A stretch of DNA of 64,000 nt from Magallana gigas (taxonomy: Eukaryota): NCBI RefSeq assembly GCF_963853765.1, contig NC_088857.1:33046001-33110000 (forward strand). The letters run 5' to 3'. Shown in pieces: positions 26,640-39,805 of the stretch. The translations under genes were made by a program, and so were the position numbers. The notes beneath the pieces are model-generated. The model made no database searches and was not told the DNA's origin. It saw only the letters and a program-made list of their open reading frames with translations. The stretch's first letter is position 1, and every line of letters begins with the position of its first letter.

Positions 26640-29590
26640 TTTTTTTTGGGAGGGGGGGGGGGGTTCAAAGGAAAATATTAATGAATCGAGAGAAGTTACC
26701 TTAATAAGTGAAGATATCCTAGTATTCACATTTTGCAGTTGAACTCCATCAATACTTTTCAAACGCACTGCGCGTCTGTTTTTAGGCATTGAAAACGGGT
26801 GAAAACGGCGGTTTTCCTTCACTCCAAAAACAGCAGTTGGCATAGCCAAAATCTTAGTGTCGTATTACAGATTAAAAATATTTATCCGATTTTCAGTCAG
26901 AGTATGTATATTCCATCACAAAGTTCATCAAATTTTTAGAAATCTGAGAGATAAACTGTCGTTGATATTTAAATCCATTATCTAGCTCTCTCAGTTTTGA
27001 CTTCATTTGACGATTGCTAAGTAATTTCCTAAAACGATCTTTAAGCCGCGGAGGGGAAAACGTTTTAAAGGGACATCTATATAGCGAAAACGGATATATA
27101 GACAAGGACTAATACAGGAGGATTATTGAAGACAGAAGGTGATCGGACGGTTCTAAATTATTCAACAAACAGCGGACTTTAAACTTTTAACAACGACAGA
27201 CTCACCCCGGAGACGTTAATGAAATAAAACTCTCACAAAAAACTTTCGGAATTAAAATCATTGCCACAATAGGCGGCAAATATTTGTTTGGTACATGGAA
27301 CATAGTGTTTTTATAAAGGCTTTTGTGGGCATTTTCTTTTTCTTTTTTTTTTTCCACTGTAGGGTTTCAGACGATTACCCTGTTGTGGTATTTGCACTTT
27401 CCAGTATATATACTGTGTGGTTAAACACCTACATATCCGCCACGTTTCACCGATTTTAACCTCTTCTTTCCGAAATTCGATTTTAATTACAGTTTGGACC
27501 TGTTTTAATTCACGGTTGCTAAGAGTTTCATGAATAATTATCAAGCGTTCGGAACAGGGAAGGATTTGGTATGGTCAAGGTTTAAGATCAGATGTAATTA
27601 TATCTTTTAGAAATTATTGCAAATAGCCAATTATATATTAACCAGGTATGCATTTATTGAATGTATAATATGTTATTTAAAATTTTCGTAGTTAAAACTA
27701 AATGGTATTTGAAAAAAAAAATAAAGTGTTAATTTTGAAATAGTTATTAGAATAGAAAAAATGTTGCATCAATTTAATATCTAAGATCGCTTTGAAAAAT
27801 TGCCATATTTAGATCACAAAATTACGAAATCAACTATGAAACTATGAAATCCAAACTGTCACTCGAGTCGCGGATTATCGCAATGTAGCCTGAACCACTG
27901 CACTCCACTTTATAGGAAAGAGAATCCACATGAAAAAAACTCTTTTAAAATGACGATGTCGAGTTTTTAATAAGAAATACAGATATTAAATACATTCATT
28001 TACATTGTACAACTAATTCTTTCAGATTATATTTTCAGCTATATTTTCAGATATATTTATCAGATATATTCCAATATTTAAAAATTAATTTATTCCTAAA
28101 TTAATGGTTGACACCAATAAAAACTGAAACGGCCACTCTGTAAAGTTAGAAATATAGCACGTACTCTCCAAAGGACAAAGGTTCTAAATCAACTCCTCAA
28201 AGTAGTTTTACAACATTAATTTACTTTCTATAAATCATTAATAGTTTAGCCTTTTTAACCACATTGCACTTTATGTAATAGACACGATCGAGAAAGGTGC
28301 ATGGTACCAAAACAAAATAAAAATGCTTTTTAAAGATTAATATTCTTATCGCAAAATATGTTAAGCATATGTAACCCAGTAATCAGATACACTAATATTT
28401 TCTGTGTTTTCGTCCTTGAGTTTATAGCAACCCTTTATCCTCAACTAAAAAGTTTACAGTCTGCTTCGCATAATATTTAAATCTTCATATACAATGATAT
28501 ATATTCAGAAACAGGCAATGTAGTGGGTACTTTAGTGGTTTAAAGAGGTACAACGATATTTGCAATCATGTAGAAGAGATGCAATTACAATTTTTTTAAA
28601 AATAAACCAACTAGGATAGGAATGCAGTTTCTCTTTTATGAATCGTTATATACAGTTGGGATAATTGCAAATTTTAACAAAAACATTACGGAATCACTCC
28701 TGTTTAATGCATTTGATATGAAAGCTGTTTGTGAAATGGGCTTTAAATTGTGGTAAATGCAACAAAGAATGCAAATCTTGACACAGACTTTATTGGAAAT
28801 TTCGAATTTACTTTTATTCATATCGCCTCTCATCGATGCGTGTAATAAATTTGCCAAGCCTCGTGTCCTCTAAAACCTACAACAACTTCATTCCATTTCT
28901 AAACATGTTAAAAGTGCATAAATACCCCAAGGTAGTACCTCATTTTTTTTCATTAATTTGACATTTCCTATCTGAATAACGGCATTAACGGATCCTTGAT
29001 GAATTTTATTTGTCTATTGACAGGTCTTGTACTTGTATTACGAGAATGTAAATTATTTTTTGATCTGAAAGAATCACGAAAAATTGAGCCATCTTATATT
29101 GATATTTATCTAATAATCTATATATTATCATTCTTTTGGATAGAAATGTAGAACGATATTTTTGGTAAGTAAATCTTATCGGTGGGTATGAAAAGTTTTT
29201 TTTAAAAAAATGATAAAATTTAAAAAAAAGGGGGGGGGGGGGTAGGGGGGGGGTATATCACTTCTTTTAGCAAGGTACAGCAGATGAAAACAATCATTTT
29301 AATTTTTATAAATTATTTGGACACAGAATTATAATATTATTGATTTGTTTTTATTTTACTCTACCACCCTCCAAATTGAACGCACTTTTTAATTAACAGC
29401 GATGACTTACCTTTATCAAGAGTTTGACTCTCTTGTCAATATCCTTAGAAATACGTACTCCATCGCGAGATTCCTTAACACGCAAACTCGGAGTTTGCTG
29501 CAGCGATCTGGAACTCCGGCTCCGCGATTCTGACGCTGGACTTCTCAGCAAATCGACTTTATTCGGATGGAGTTTGTGAACGACATCCAT
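14266..29590 (-). CDS. NWD2: NACHT and WD40 repeat protein (NWD1/NWD2-like), ~2063 aa with the 29590 first exon
   Basis: Exons (minus): 29590-29411 (candidate first), 22611-22498, 22289-22212, 22066-21962, 21710-21221, 20867-20665, 20417-19978, 19759-19602, 19501-19287, 19159-18933, 18818-18660, 18572-18443, 18346-18247, 17858-14266; total 6192 nt in frame. Motifs: YVSAGFTDTEAER/DLHWG/LGNKYG (DUF4062-like), Walker A GKAGCGKT, Walker [20 protein letters not shown]40 repeats (GHTDPITAV...WDL). The symbol means -like; NWD1 vs NWD2 orthology is not resolved. Confidence 0.85.
20475..20564. repeat. Intronic hairpin (43-bp arms, 4-nt loop)
   Basis: TGTCTTTTACTAATTAACAATTCTCAATTGTCAATGAGTCCAT-agtc-ATGGACTCATTGACAATTAAGAACTGTTAATTAGTAAAAGACA; 2 mismatches. 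Confidence 0.9.
23616..23670. promoter_or_regulatory. Cluster of candidate TF motifs (E-box, CCAAT, CRE-like, ETS-like)
   Basis: CACGTG 23616-21, CCAAT 23645-49, TGACGTC 23653-59 and CCGGAA 23665-70 within 55 bp of otherwise AT-rich DNA; function is inferred. Confidence 0.35.
26597..26636. repeat. (CT)n microsatellite
   Basis: Direct reading. Confidence 0.95.
26700..26843 (-). CDS. Candidate alternative first coding exon of the NWD-like gene
   Basis: ATG at 26843; 48 codons [14 protein letters not shown]...RISSLIK, then an AAG|gtaact donor in phase 0, compatible with the 22611 acceptor. Confidence 0.45.
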
Positions 29591-32354
29591 TGGTATCTTA
29601 CAAGTATTCAGGCATGTTCACTTCTGATTAAATCCCGTATCGTTCATGAATTTAAATACAAGAATCGCCCCAGTTATTAAAGCATCAATTTTCTTCCAAA
29701 ATATTTTTACCCATTAGGTCAATGCGTGTTAAATGAGTAGACATACACATATTCAAGTATAAAAGAAATCGAGACTATTTAAACATTTCTCCATGTTCAC
29801 TTTTCGCCAGCATTCATTAGAACCCTCTAATGCCTGGTGCTTAAAGACTCTGAATAGCCTCAATACCGTTTATTTAGACATTTGAAAATTTATGTTTTTT
29901 CCACCAAACAAAAGCGCGAATAGACTGATTGTAGTTTAGTGACCGCACCTATGGCGCTGGTGTTTAGAAAGTAATAGATTTTTGGCTTGAATTTTAATTA
30001 ACCATTTTTATTCGGGGTGAATTTTTTTGAACGAAAATTATCGCAATAATTCATAGTCATGTGTCGCTATTTAAAGCAACATTAAATACGTGCAGCGACT
30101 TTGATGAAACTTTAACTGTTTATTTCAATGGAAACTTTAAAGCTCGAGAACAAAAAGGTCTTTTATTTTATTTGGGCCACTTGAAACTTTCTTGTTTTAA
30201 ATGTTAAATTTGAGATCGTAAATCAGAATAGTTCAAAAGATCTCAACTCTAAATGTATTCTGTTACTAGATGATCAAAAGCATATGAATGAGGGGATTTC
30301 GACAATATGTTATGTTAATTCAAAAACTGCTAAAATTAGTAAAAATACTTGCACATAAAATACTCAGTTTATGAGTGATTTATTTACTTTAAGTACAGAT
30401 GAAAAGTTTTAAAGAGGCATAACCCCTACTTCAACGATCATAGTTCTAGGACCAGATTTCAACAACGATCGATATAGACTATAATATAAAAATATAAAGA
30501 AAATGTACGCTTAATGCTGCAGAATAATAAATACGATAGATAACGATGACCGTAAAATCTTTTATCATTGTTAAATACATGTATATACTGTCTACAAAAG
30601 TTCATGCAGCGTTAATACGTTAAAAGAAGGAAAGGAAAACATTTAGAAAACAACATCTTAAGCTGAGAAGACAGAATCATGCAACAGAGAAATGACAGCT
30701 TTTTCTGACAGTCCAATAGCCCTAATGGAAAACAATTAGTTATCCGAGTGAACAACAGAAGACAGGAAATAACTCTGGGAGGACAGTGATAGCTTTATCC
30801 CGAATAAAATACAATATGTCCTCTGTTAGAAATGGTTTAAGTATATGACAATCTGTCCAAAAGTATAACAGTATGTCAATATTTGTGAAAGGATTTCAGT
30901 ATGCAAATCTGTAAGGGAGAATTTAAGTATGCCCATCTTTAAGAAGGACTTTATAAAGTCCATTTTTTCCAAAAGGAGAAAAGAAAAGATATATGCCCAT
31001 GCATTAAGACGTGATTTTCCGAGCCTGCCGGAAAGGCCCGAGAAGCTGCGATTGTGGATAGGAATGACAGGAAAATAGATATGGTAGAGAGGCGATGATT
31101 AACCTGGATTTTGCCTCTCTGAACTCCATGCGTGTTTACAACCTAAAGTTAAACATTTAAACGAGGACGTTATATATACATGTATTTAAGATTTTTAAAT
31201 TAAATGATCGGTAAAACTTTAATTACAGAGATAAAAGTGATAAACACCTGACTGTTAATTATCCAGTTTAACATATTTACTGAAGTAGAATTTGATAACT
31301 TTGTGTTGAAAATCGTGTCTTAGATCTCGGAGTTTAGAAGATATAAACATGTGCAATGAAAGAGACAGAGTCGTGTTAATAGAGTACTAAAACTGACAGC
31401 AGGGTGTATTATAATTAAATGTGTATTGGGGTGTAGAAAAATCAACCTAGAAGTTCTTTCGTGGAAATTTACAATGTATGAAATTAAAATATTTTCAACG
31501 AAATGTATTCTTCACCCAGAATGAGTGCATAAAAATAAAGAGAAAACCCCGTGAATGTAATAATAAATGTTGTAACTGCATTTTATTTTTATTCAAATCA
31601 GAACTTTAATACTCTCATAGTCTAAATAAGTTACTAATTGGCAATAGTGAGTCATAAAATTCCGAAAACTTGCAACTGTATAAATTCAAACTTTAAAACT
31701 TTACTAGGCTTGTATGCATTAGATTGATGTTGGTTTACAAGGGAGTGAATCTTTAATTGCAGATATTAAAAGTCTGCACATCGCCTTTGGTTATTCAAAT
31801 CAAAAGAAATTTTTGAAGTTTACAAAGTACGAAATCATTCTGATTAAGTCCCCGAGTATATAGATGAAACCGTACACCAGTCGTAGTGGGAAGATTCGGG
31901 TGGGGTTTTAAACCTCATGATTCTAAACAAAACACCATTGTTTTACTTATTACAAACAGTGAAATACATGTAAATACATCCAACACATGATTCAGTTTCC
32001 GCTAGAACTCTCACAGTAATCCGATAGCACATTTACCTGTTTAACTCAGTGAACACAGGCAAAAAAAAAATTATCCCATAACTTAAAGTTGTTTTTATGC
32101 TTTTGAAAAATACTGGGATCTTCAATGTACAGTACTGTATGTGAAATACGGTTCCTGGTAGAGGGGTATTTTGTTTTTAGTCTTGCGCAGCCAAGTGACC
32201 AGTAGAGCATTTATCACTACTGTCCCGACTTCACACCAAATTCTACACCGAAGAGAAAACATACAAACAAGAGAGTTTGTATGAGCATACACGTAACATG
32301 TGACTAATTTTTAAAGAAAGGATTAGAATGTACAATATTATAGCAGAAGAAAAT

Positions 32355-33667
32355 ACAAGAGCCCAGGGGCCACATCGCTCACCTGAGCAACAACAGCCTA
32401 ACAAGTACTCTGATGAAATTAACATTACAGTATCAAAATCAAAATATCTTGACAACTAAGTACAGTAGATCTTGCTCAAAATTTTTTTTAAAAATCTACC
32501 GATTTTTATCCACATATTTTTATGGTAAGCCCTTTTGCTGTTGTTCCTGTAAGAAGATTTTTCTCTATTCCTTTATAACCCCCTTCTCTGCTTTTTGGAC
32601 TAAAAACTTTCCTAGAATATTTTTCAAGATTTTTTCTATATTTTCCTATGTAAAAATTTACCATCCCCCGATTGTGGCTCCGCCTTACCCCCGGGGACCA
32701 TGATTTATACAAACTTGAATCCACACTATTTGAGGATGCCTCCACACAAGTTTGAGCTTTTCTGGCCTAATAGTTTTTGAGAAGAAGATTTTTAAAGGTT
32801 TTCTCTATGTATTCTTAAGTAAAAATTCACCCCCCCCCCCCAATTGTGCCCAAACCCTAACCCTGGGGACCATGATTTAAGCAAAATTAAATCTACACTA
32901 TCTGAGGATGCTTCCACTCCAATTTGAGCTTTTCTGGCCTAATAGGTTTTGAAAAGATTTCAAAAGATTTTTTCTCTATATATTACTGTACAATGGTAAA
33001 GCTCATCCCCCATTGTGGCCCCATCCTACCCCAGGGAACCATGATTTAAATAAACTTGAATCTACACTGCCTGAGGATGCTTCAACTCCAATTTGAGCTT
33101 TTCTGGCCTTATCGTTTTTGAGAAGAAGAATTTTTAAAGATTTTCTCTACATATTCCTATATAAATTTCATCCCCCATTGTGGCCTCAGCCTACCCCCGG
33201 GGACCATAATTTAAACAAATTTGAATCTAAACTATCTGAAAGTGCTTCCACTCTAATTTGAGCTTTTCTGGCCCACACATTTCGATGTTGAACTGTGAAC
33301 CCTTTCGGGGCCCTAGTATTGGTCTGGGGGTCATGGTTTTATCATAAATCTTCACTATATAGATGTTTCTATGCTTTAGTGTAAATGTTGGCATTTCTGG
33401 TGCAGTGTATCTTGAGAAGAAGATTTTTTTAGACAAACACTCTATCTCTATTGCTTCGTGATAACTTATCTCCCTTTTAAAAAGGGTTTTGCCCTTTATG
33501 TCAACAATTTATAATTCACTTCCCATAAGAATACTTTGTACCAAATTATATTCAATTTGGCCTAGTGGTTCTAAATAAGTAGTCAAAAACGTGACAAGTT
33601 TACAGACAGACGGACAACAGGTGATCAGAAAAACTCACTTGAACCTTAGGTTTAGGTGAACTAAAAA
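32355..33667 (+). mobile_element. HINE/Helentron-like element with internal ~166-bp satellite (Cg170-like) array
   Basis: 5' ACAAGAG..GGCCACATCGCTCACCTGAG; several TCTACACTA.CTGAGGATGCTTC units; GACAGACGGAC microsatellite; 3' hairpin CTCACTTGAACC..AGGTGAACTAAAAA. Confidence 0.8.
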
Positions 33668-34410
33668 CAACACGTTATTTAAAACAATGCCATCAATGCC
33701 GAGTACAATTGACATATATACGAGAAAACATGCCCTTTTGCTATTTTTTTCAAACACCAGGTGCTTTGTCCAGTTGAACTCTAATGCTCTTTTGCAGGAC
33801 CTTTAAAAACGCCACACACAAAGTAACCATTAAAACCAATTGTATCAAAATCTCCATCGACCTTGTAAAACAACCTTTGTATCACAAAAAAATCTGATCG
33901 CGTCCATCTCGTGTATATATGAATGTCTCGTATATATGCATATGTTGTGTACCTTACATTGCAAGTATACATAGGTCGAAAAGGGCGCGTCTGATCTCAT
34001 GCACATTCTGTCTGTGTCTACAGTCAAAGAGAATTAATCTTTAAAACTTTTCAGAAAAAAAAATATTTTTAAAATAAACGTTGAAGATTTAAAAGTATTG
34101 ACATTTTTTATCGCTGTTTTCGCGTAACAAACATATGCGTATATACATGTATATCCATGCTTGTACTTTGAACAGGTAGAATCTGTATAGATCTGCATGT
34201 AGAACAACAAAAGGAACGGTAACTCATCTTTTACCTCGGAAACAATGCAGCAACGCAACTATTTAAAATCATACTATCCATTTACTAGAATAGACAAAAT
34301 TACCTCCACTGACATACCGGCATATTTTTAATTCCTATATTACAGTTCGCATTCTTTTAGCAAGATTTGAAAAGACTGAACGAAGTAAAGTCATCATTGA
34401 GACATATTAC

Positions 34411-34500
34411 CTTTCCCTCTCCTGTCCAATCCACAGGTACATAGGTTGTTATCCAAACCTTGGATCGAGCAGTAATAAAATCAGGGAAAACAGTCGACAT
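34411..34500 (-). CDS. Candidate alternative first coding exon of the NWD-like gene
   Basis: ATG at 34500; 30 codons MSTVFPDFITARSKVWITTYVPVDWTGEGK, then AAG|gtaata in phase 0. An NRF1-like GACGCATGCGCA lies at 34939-50 upstream. Confidence 0.3.
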
Positions 34501-35693
34501 TTTCTTTAATCCTTGAAAATTAGTTCAAAACTCGTATAATGAAATCAACGTCTATACGTAGTGAAAATCGGTTTGTGAATCTTGTTGATTGCTTTTATAT
34601 CCTCGGGTTTTTATGCATTTCAACAGTTTCTTGCTACTTCATTTAGCAACAAAGTTTAGTCCAAGTAATCTGATCTAGAAACGACAATGCATCGTCTACA
34701 TTGATATTTGTTTTACGACTGGGCTTCAGCCAGCAACATCGAGAGCTCTATGAGACAACGAGCCCTGGACTAGTTATCTTTTGAAGATGTCCTTCGAATT
34801 ACGATGGGTCATTATCATAAGTACTTTGTCGATAGTGGCCCACTCGATAACTTTATGGCAAAGGAACAGTTTAATGCTTCTTTAACGATTCTTCTCCGTT
34901 GCTTCCTTTTTGACATGCAATTTGTTAGACCCATCCATGACGCATGCGCAGCATCATCTTTAGAATTATGACAATAAATCCAGTGTCACATATAAACTGT
35001 GATTGCGAAAGTATACAGACTCATTGTATGGTTAAATTCCTGACACAATGAAGCCAATTAAAATAAGTCTCCTCTAAACAGCGGCAAAACAGCGGGGGAA
35101 CATTAATTAAATTTCCATGCTATACCCGGTTACAAATTGTGTATCACTTGTCCGCAGTAACTCAATAAACAGGCGTCATCTTTTTTCATAAAGTTTAAAA
35201 GTTCATTAGTGTCGCCTCTAACGCTTTAACACTGAGTGAAGTGAATATTCAGCTTTCAAATCATAAATAAAATCAATATGGCGCTTTTACTTCTGAAGTC
35301 ATGATAGATTTGCATGTAATCGCGTAAAATCGTTAAATCGAATTTTTAAGTGCATTTAAAACTCGAAATCTTTCAAATTTTGTGACTCATGCAATAGACC
35401 AACGTTACCAAGTGATTAACAATTTTATGAAAGTATCGTAAATGTTCGTAAAGGGATTGTTTCTTTATAAAGGGAACAAATCGCTGTGTAAAAACCTGTT
35501 AACATGTTGCATTGTAAATGTGTGAACGAGATATTTCACAATGCAGAATTTGTTAAATTAAAGCAGTGGTTCACATTATTAAAGGTCAAATTGGGGACAG
35601 AGCCACGAACCGTCAACCATTCTTCAAATTTTCAAAGAATTTTTTTCAAAAATCCTGTTTTTGGATATCAATAAGCAAGTTCTCATATCATCC

Positions 35694-35695
<2 letters not shown>

Positions 35696-35762
<67 letters not shown>
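35696..35762. repeat. (CT)n microsatellite
   Basis: Direct reading. Confidence 0.95.
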
Positions 35763-35765
<3 letters not shown>

Positions 35766-35841
35766 ATTCAGAGATAAATCAATAATGTTCTCAACGTCTG
35801 TTAAAACTTCACAGAATGTTTGACTATTTTATTTTGTTTTA

Positions 35842-36173
35842 TTATACTTTCATGTTAAATACTGAAATCTGATTGGTTAAGACGCAGTTGATAATCCGTT
35901 CTATTACCCTCAGCGTTAGCAACACCCTTGGCAACGGGTAACACAACGAATTGTTACATGCGCGTGAATTATGCGCTTACGGTTCGCCATAAAATTCACG
36001 TCATTTCTATATAAAAACAGAAAGTTTTCTTTGTACTTAAGACATTCAGTATAATAAAATAAATAGTGCCTGTTTGGGAAGGTAACAGTTGAAATTAACA
36101 CCCCTCGAAAACCATTGTTTTTCTCGGGGTGTCAATTTCATCTCTTACCCTCCCAAACAGGCACTATCTATAT
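35842..36173. mobile_element. Non-autonomous element with long terminal hairpin, copy 2 (hairpin tip deleted)
   Basis: Same start TTATACTTTCATGTTAAATACTGAAATCTGATTGG and same hairpin arms as 11457-11820, but lacking the central ~30 bp. Confidence 0.8.
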
Positions 36174-37194
36174 GCTATAACATTTACCGTGTCAATGATA
36201 ATTGTATTTTGTTCTATAACATTTATCGTATATGTAAAATCATCTTCAGTATATATTATAACTTCAAGCACTTTTATGATGCAATTCGTACATATATATT
36301 GAATTCAGGTAAATGTAGGTGAACGAAATCTAAATGAGCGTTAATAAATTCAGCTATCTGCATCCCGTTAACTACATGTATAGGTGAAGTGTCAGACGAA
36401 ATTAGGTTACGCATCACAAATTATCTGAATATCTGACTTGTTTTTATTTTGGATCAATCTACCGAGAAAAACGAGTGTGTTTCACATGTACTATTACTGT
36501 ATGACGAGTAATTGGAATCAATTTGAAGATTCCTCGCTTTAAAGGGTGTATGGACCGTCAATTTGTTAGAAAAACCGGCATGTAATAATGACAGCAGTCA
36601 TTTTTAGACAGATTGTCATATCGTAAGTTTTGTGTTTAGACCCATCCAGTAAATTCAACATTTAAAATATGACACAGCATCGTCGGAACCCACGGGTTTT
36701 CTATCCGCTACACTGATGTATGACAAAGATAATGAATGAATAGGTACTGCGTTTTCCAATTTCACCAAAATAACTTTACATCTGTGGGTCAATCAAAGTG
36801 CAACACCCGTATGTATGAATTCGAATTCAAGGCCCTATCACTAAATGGAATTTGTTAAAGTTTTCATTTATTGTTATTATAGCAACTAAAATAGATACAA
36901 TGTTTCTGCATTATTGAAATTTTGAATTCATTTTTTAAAGTGCTTTACTAATTCATTATCTCTTAGAATCGATGACTATTTCAAGATCACCAAAAGAATA
37001 GCAGCATTGAAAACAACAGACTGAGAACATACCCTATAATTGGTTCTTTATTTATGTTACTCTATAATCACTGATTAACATTTTTTAGTACTTTCACTTG
37101 TTCCAAATGAATAGATAGCCCTGATTGCTGAAAATATTTACAAGAGCAGACTTTAATCACCGCTCCTGCACATATATAGGGACTCAACGTTATG

Positions 37195-37455
37195 CAGGCA
37201 GAGATAACCGCACACCTACGCAACTCAACAGGTACCAACGTTAATGCAAGCAGAGGTAACGCAAGCAGGGATGACCTCACACTTGCGCCAACAGCTCAAC
37301 CTAACGCAGGGAATGCCGCACACTTGCGCTAGAAAGGCCAGAACACCAGCAGGGATGACCATACACTAGTGCTCCGCCGCAACCACCACCAATACAAGCA
37401 GGTATGACCGCACACTTGTATTAATGCAATACAGGGCAGAAATGACCGCACATTC
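37195..37455. repeat. Degenerate GC-richer minisatellite
   Basis: Repeated GCAGGGATGACCGCACACTTG-like motif at irregular ~40-60 bp spacing. Confidence 0.6.
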
Positions 37456-37939
37456 TGTATCGTTGGTTAGAATAACACGAAGATTAGAAAGAGCAGGGAT
37501 GTCAACACCCTCAATCTCTCCGTACCTGTTCAAGTTTAACCCCAAACAGTCGCTCTTTGCAATGCTATAGACACTGTCGCTATATATGTGACCAGCCTAA
37601 AATAATTCATAGTATCTAAAAATTGGAAATCAAAAATAAACAAACTAATCCAGCCTAACCCAAAACTACTTATGCAGAACAACTTATATACATTGAATAT
37701 TTATTATTGTATAAAAATAATCATCACAATAATTGGTTAACAGTGGATGCATTAATTAAAATAATCAAGAATCAATAAATCAAGGGCAATGACCCAAAAC
37801 AGTAATACAAAAAGATTCTAATGAAAAAATAGCTGCCTGCTTCAATTTTATAGTCATATCACATGTTGAGTATTGCAGTTCTCAAAAAGATCCTTTACAA
37901 TTGTTTATATATGGGATATTTAGCTACATCAAACTCTGA

Positions 37940-39104
37940 ACCTTCTTAGGAGGCCGAAGAATTGTCCTGGAGCCAAAGTCTTAACAATTATAAAGAATCA
38001 TCTTGCTGATTAGTTTCTGAGAAGAAGATTTTTAAAGATTTACTCTTTATTCCTATGTAAAACTTTAACACACCCCCCATGTGGCCTCACCCTACCCCCA
38101 GGGGTCATGATTTTCACAACTTTGAATCTACACTACCTGAGGATACTTCCACACAAGTTTCAGCTTTCCTGGCTGATTAGTTTCTGAGAAGAAGATTTTT
38201 AAAGATTTACTCTATATATTCCTATGTAAAACTTTAACACCCCCCCCCCAATGTGGCCTCACCCTACCCCCAGGGATCATGATTTTCACAACTTTGAATC
38301 TACACTACCTGAGGATGCTTCCACACAAGTTTCAGCTTTCCTGGCTGTTTAGTTTCTGAGAAGAAGATTTTTAAAGATTTACTCTATATATTCCTATGTA
38401 AAACTTCGACCCCCCATTGTGGCCCCAACCTAACCCCAGGGATCATGATTTTCACAACTTTGAATCTACACTACCTGAGGATGCTTCCACACAAGTTTCA
38501 GCTTTCCTGGCTGATTAGTTTCTGAGAAGAAGATTTTTAAAGATTTATTCTATATATTCCTATGTAAAACTTCGACCCCCCATTGTGGCCCCACCCTACA
38601 CCCGGGGGTCATGATTTTCACAACTTTGAATCTACACTACCTGAGGATGCTTCCACACAAGTTTCAGCTTTCCTGGGTGATTAGTTTCTGAGAAGAAGAT
38701 TTTTAAAGATGTACTCTATATATTCCTATGTAAAACTTCAACCCCCCATTGTGGCCCCACCCTACACCCGGGGGTCATGAATTTCACAACTTTGAATTTA
38801 CACTACCTGAGGATGCTTCCACACAAGTTTCAGCTTTCCTGGCTTTCTGGTTCTTGAGAAGAAGATTTTTGAAAATTTCTCGAAATTTTTCATTAATTTC
38901 TAATTATCTCCCCTTGAAAACGGGTGTGACCCTTAATTTTCACAACTTTGAATCCCCTTTGCCTAAAGATGATTTGTGCCAAGTTTGGTTGAAATTGGCC
39001 TAGTAGTTCTTGAGAAGATGTTGAAAATGTGAAAAGTTTACGGACAGACAGACAGACGGACGGACAGACGGACAGACGGACGACAGACAAAATGTGATCA
39101 GAAT

Positions 39105-39140
<36 letters not shown>
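37940..39140 (+). mobile_element. HINE/Helentron-like element with 5-6 tandem ~166-bp satellite units
   Basis: AATCTACACTACCTGAGGA recurs with a ~166-172 bp period from ~38125 to ~38800, followed by (GACA/GACG)n and the 3' hairpin AGCTCACTTGAGCTTTCAGCTCAGGTGAGCTAAAAA. Confidence 0.85.
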
Positions 39141-39141
<1 letters not shown>

Positions 39142-39239
39142 GAGTCAAAGAAAAATGTAGAAATACGCTGTAAACTTAAACAACTCTCTTTGGTGGTTCA
39201 AGCGGGATATGAAGGTATCGTAGCGATCATTGCCAGAAT

Positions 39240-39805
39240 ATTACATTTAGTGCATATGTTGATGATGATATGACCTTGACCTTGGTCATTGACAGATATC
39301 AGGGCCAAGACACAACCTTGGGTCATAGATAACTTTTAAACCAAGTATATGAGAACCTGTTTTCTGATGGTGGGACGTAAAGGTAAACTTCTGTTGCCCT
39401 TGGTACTCGAGGGATCAAGATGGAATCAGTTGAAGTTACTGTTACTGTAACCTAAATCCTCATTAGTGAGTTAGTAATATAAAGCAAATGTTATCGGACA
39501 TAGTGATCCGATTTTAATCCCACCAGATTTTTTTTAAAGGAGTATATGTCCTTAAAGTTGAGAAAAAAGGTAAAACGTAAGCAAAAGTTCAATTAGTAAG
39601 ACAATAATATGTCATCGTGATATTGTGGACAAAGAGAGTACAACCTAGACAAATGTTCCTTAGAACATGACCATGCACAATCATGTCTACAGACTGACAG
39701 ACAGACACACGGACGGACAGAGGAAGCAGTGGACGGAGAAAGGTACCGACGGACGTTATGATCCCATAATCCCCCTCTTTCGAACTTGGTTTGCTGGTTT
39801 AAAAT
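39240..39805 (+). mobile_element. Degenerate second HINE-like family
   Basis: TGACCTTGACCTT motif, GACAGACAGAC..GGACGGACAG microsatellite and ATAATCCCCCTC-type end. Confidence 0.45.

Noticed and set aside
33950-34006. Further phase-0 mini-exon candidate (MCMRSDAPFSTYVYLQCK|gtacac)
   Set aside because: Very short with a weak donor; expected by chance.
37068-37280. ORF with a signal-peptide-like start (MRSSLLALPLLALTLV)
   Set aside because: Non-ATG start, and it arises from the degenerate minisatellite; no splice support.
38749-39111. ORFs in the satellite/HINE region
   Set aside because: Translations of satellite and GACA microsatellite sequence.
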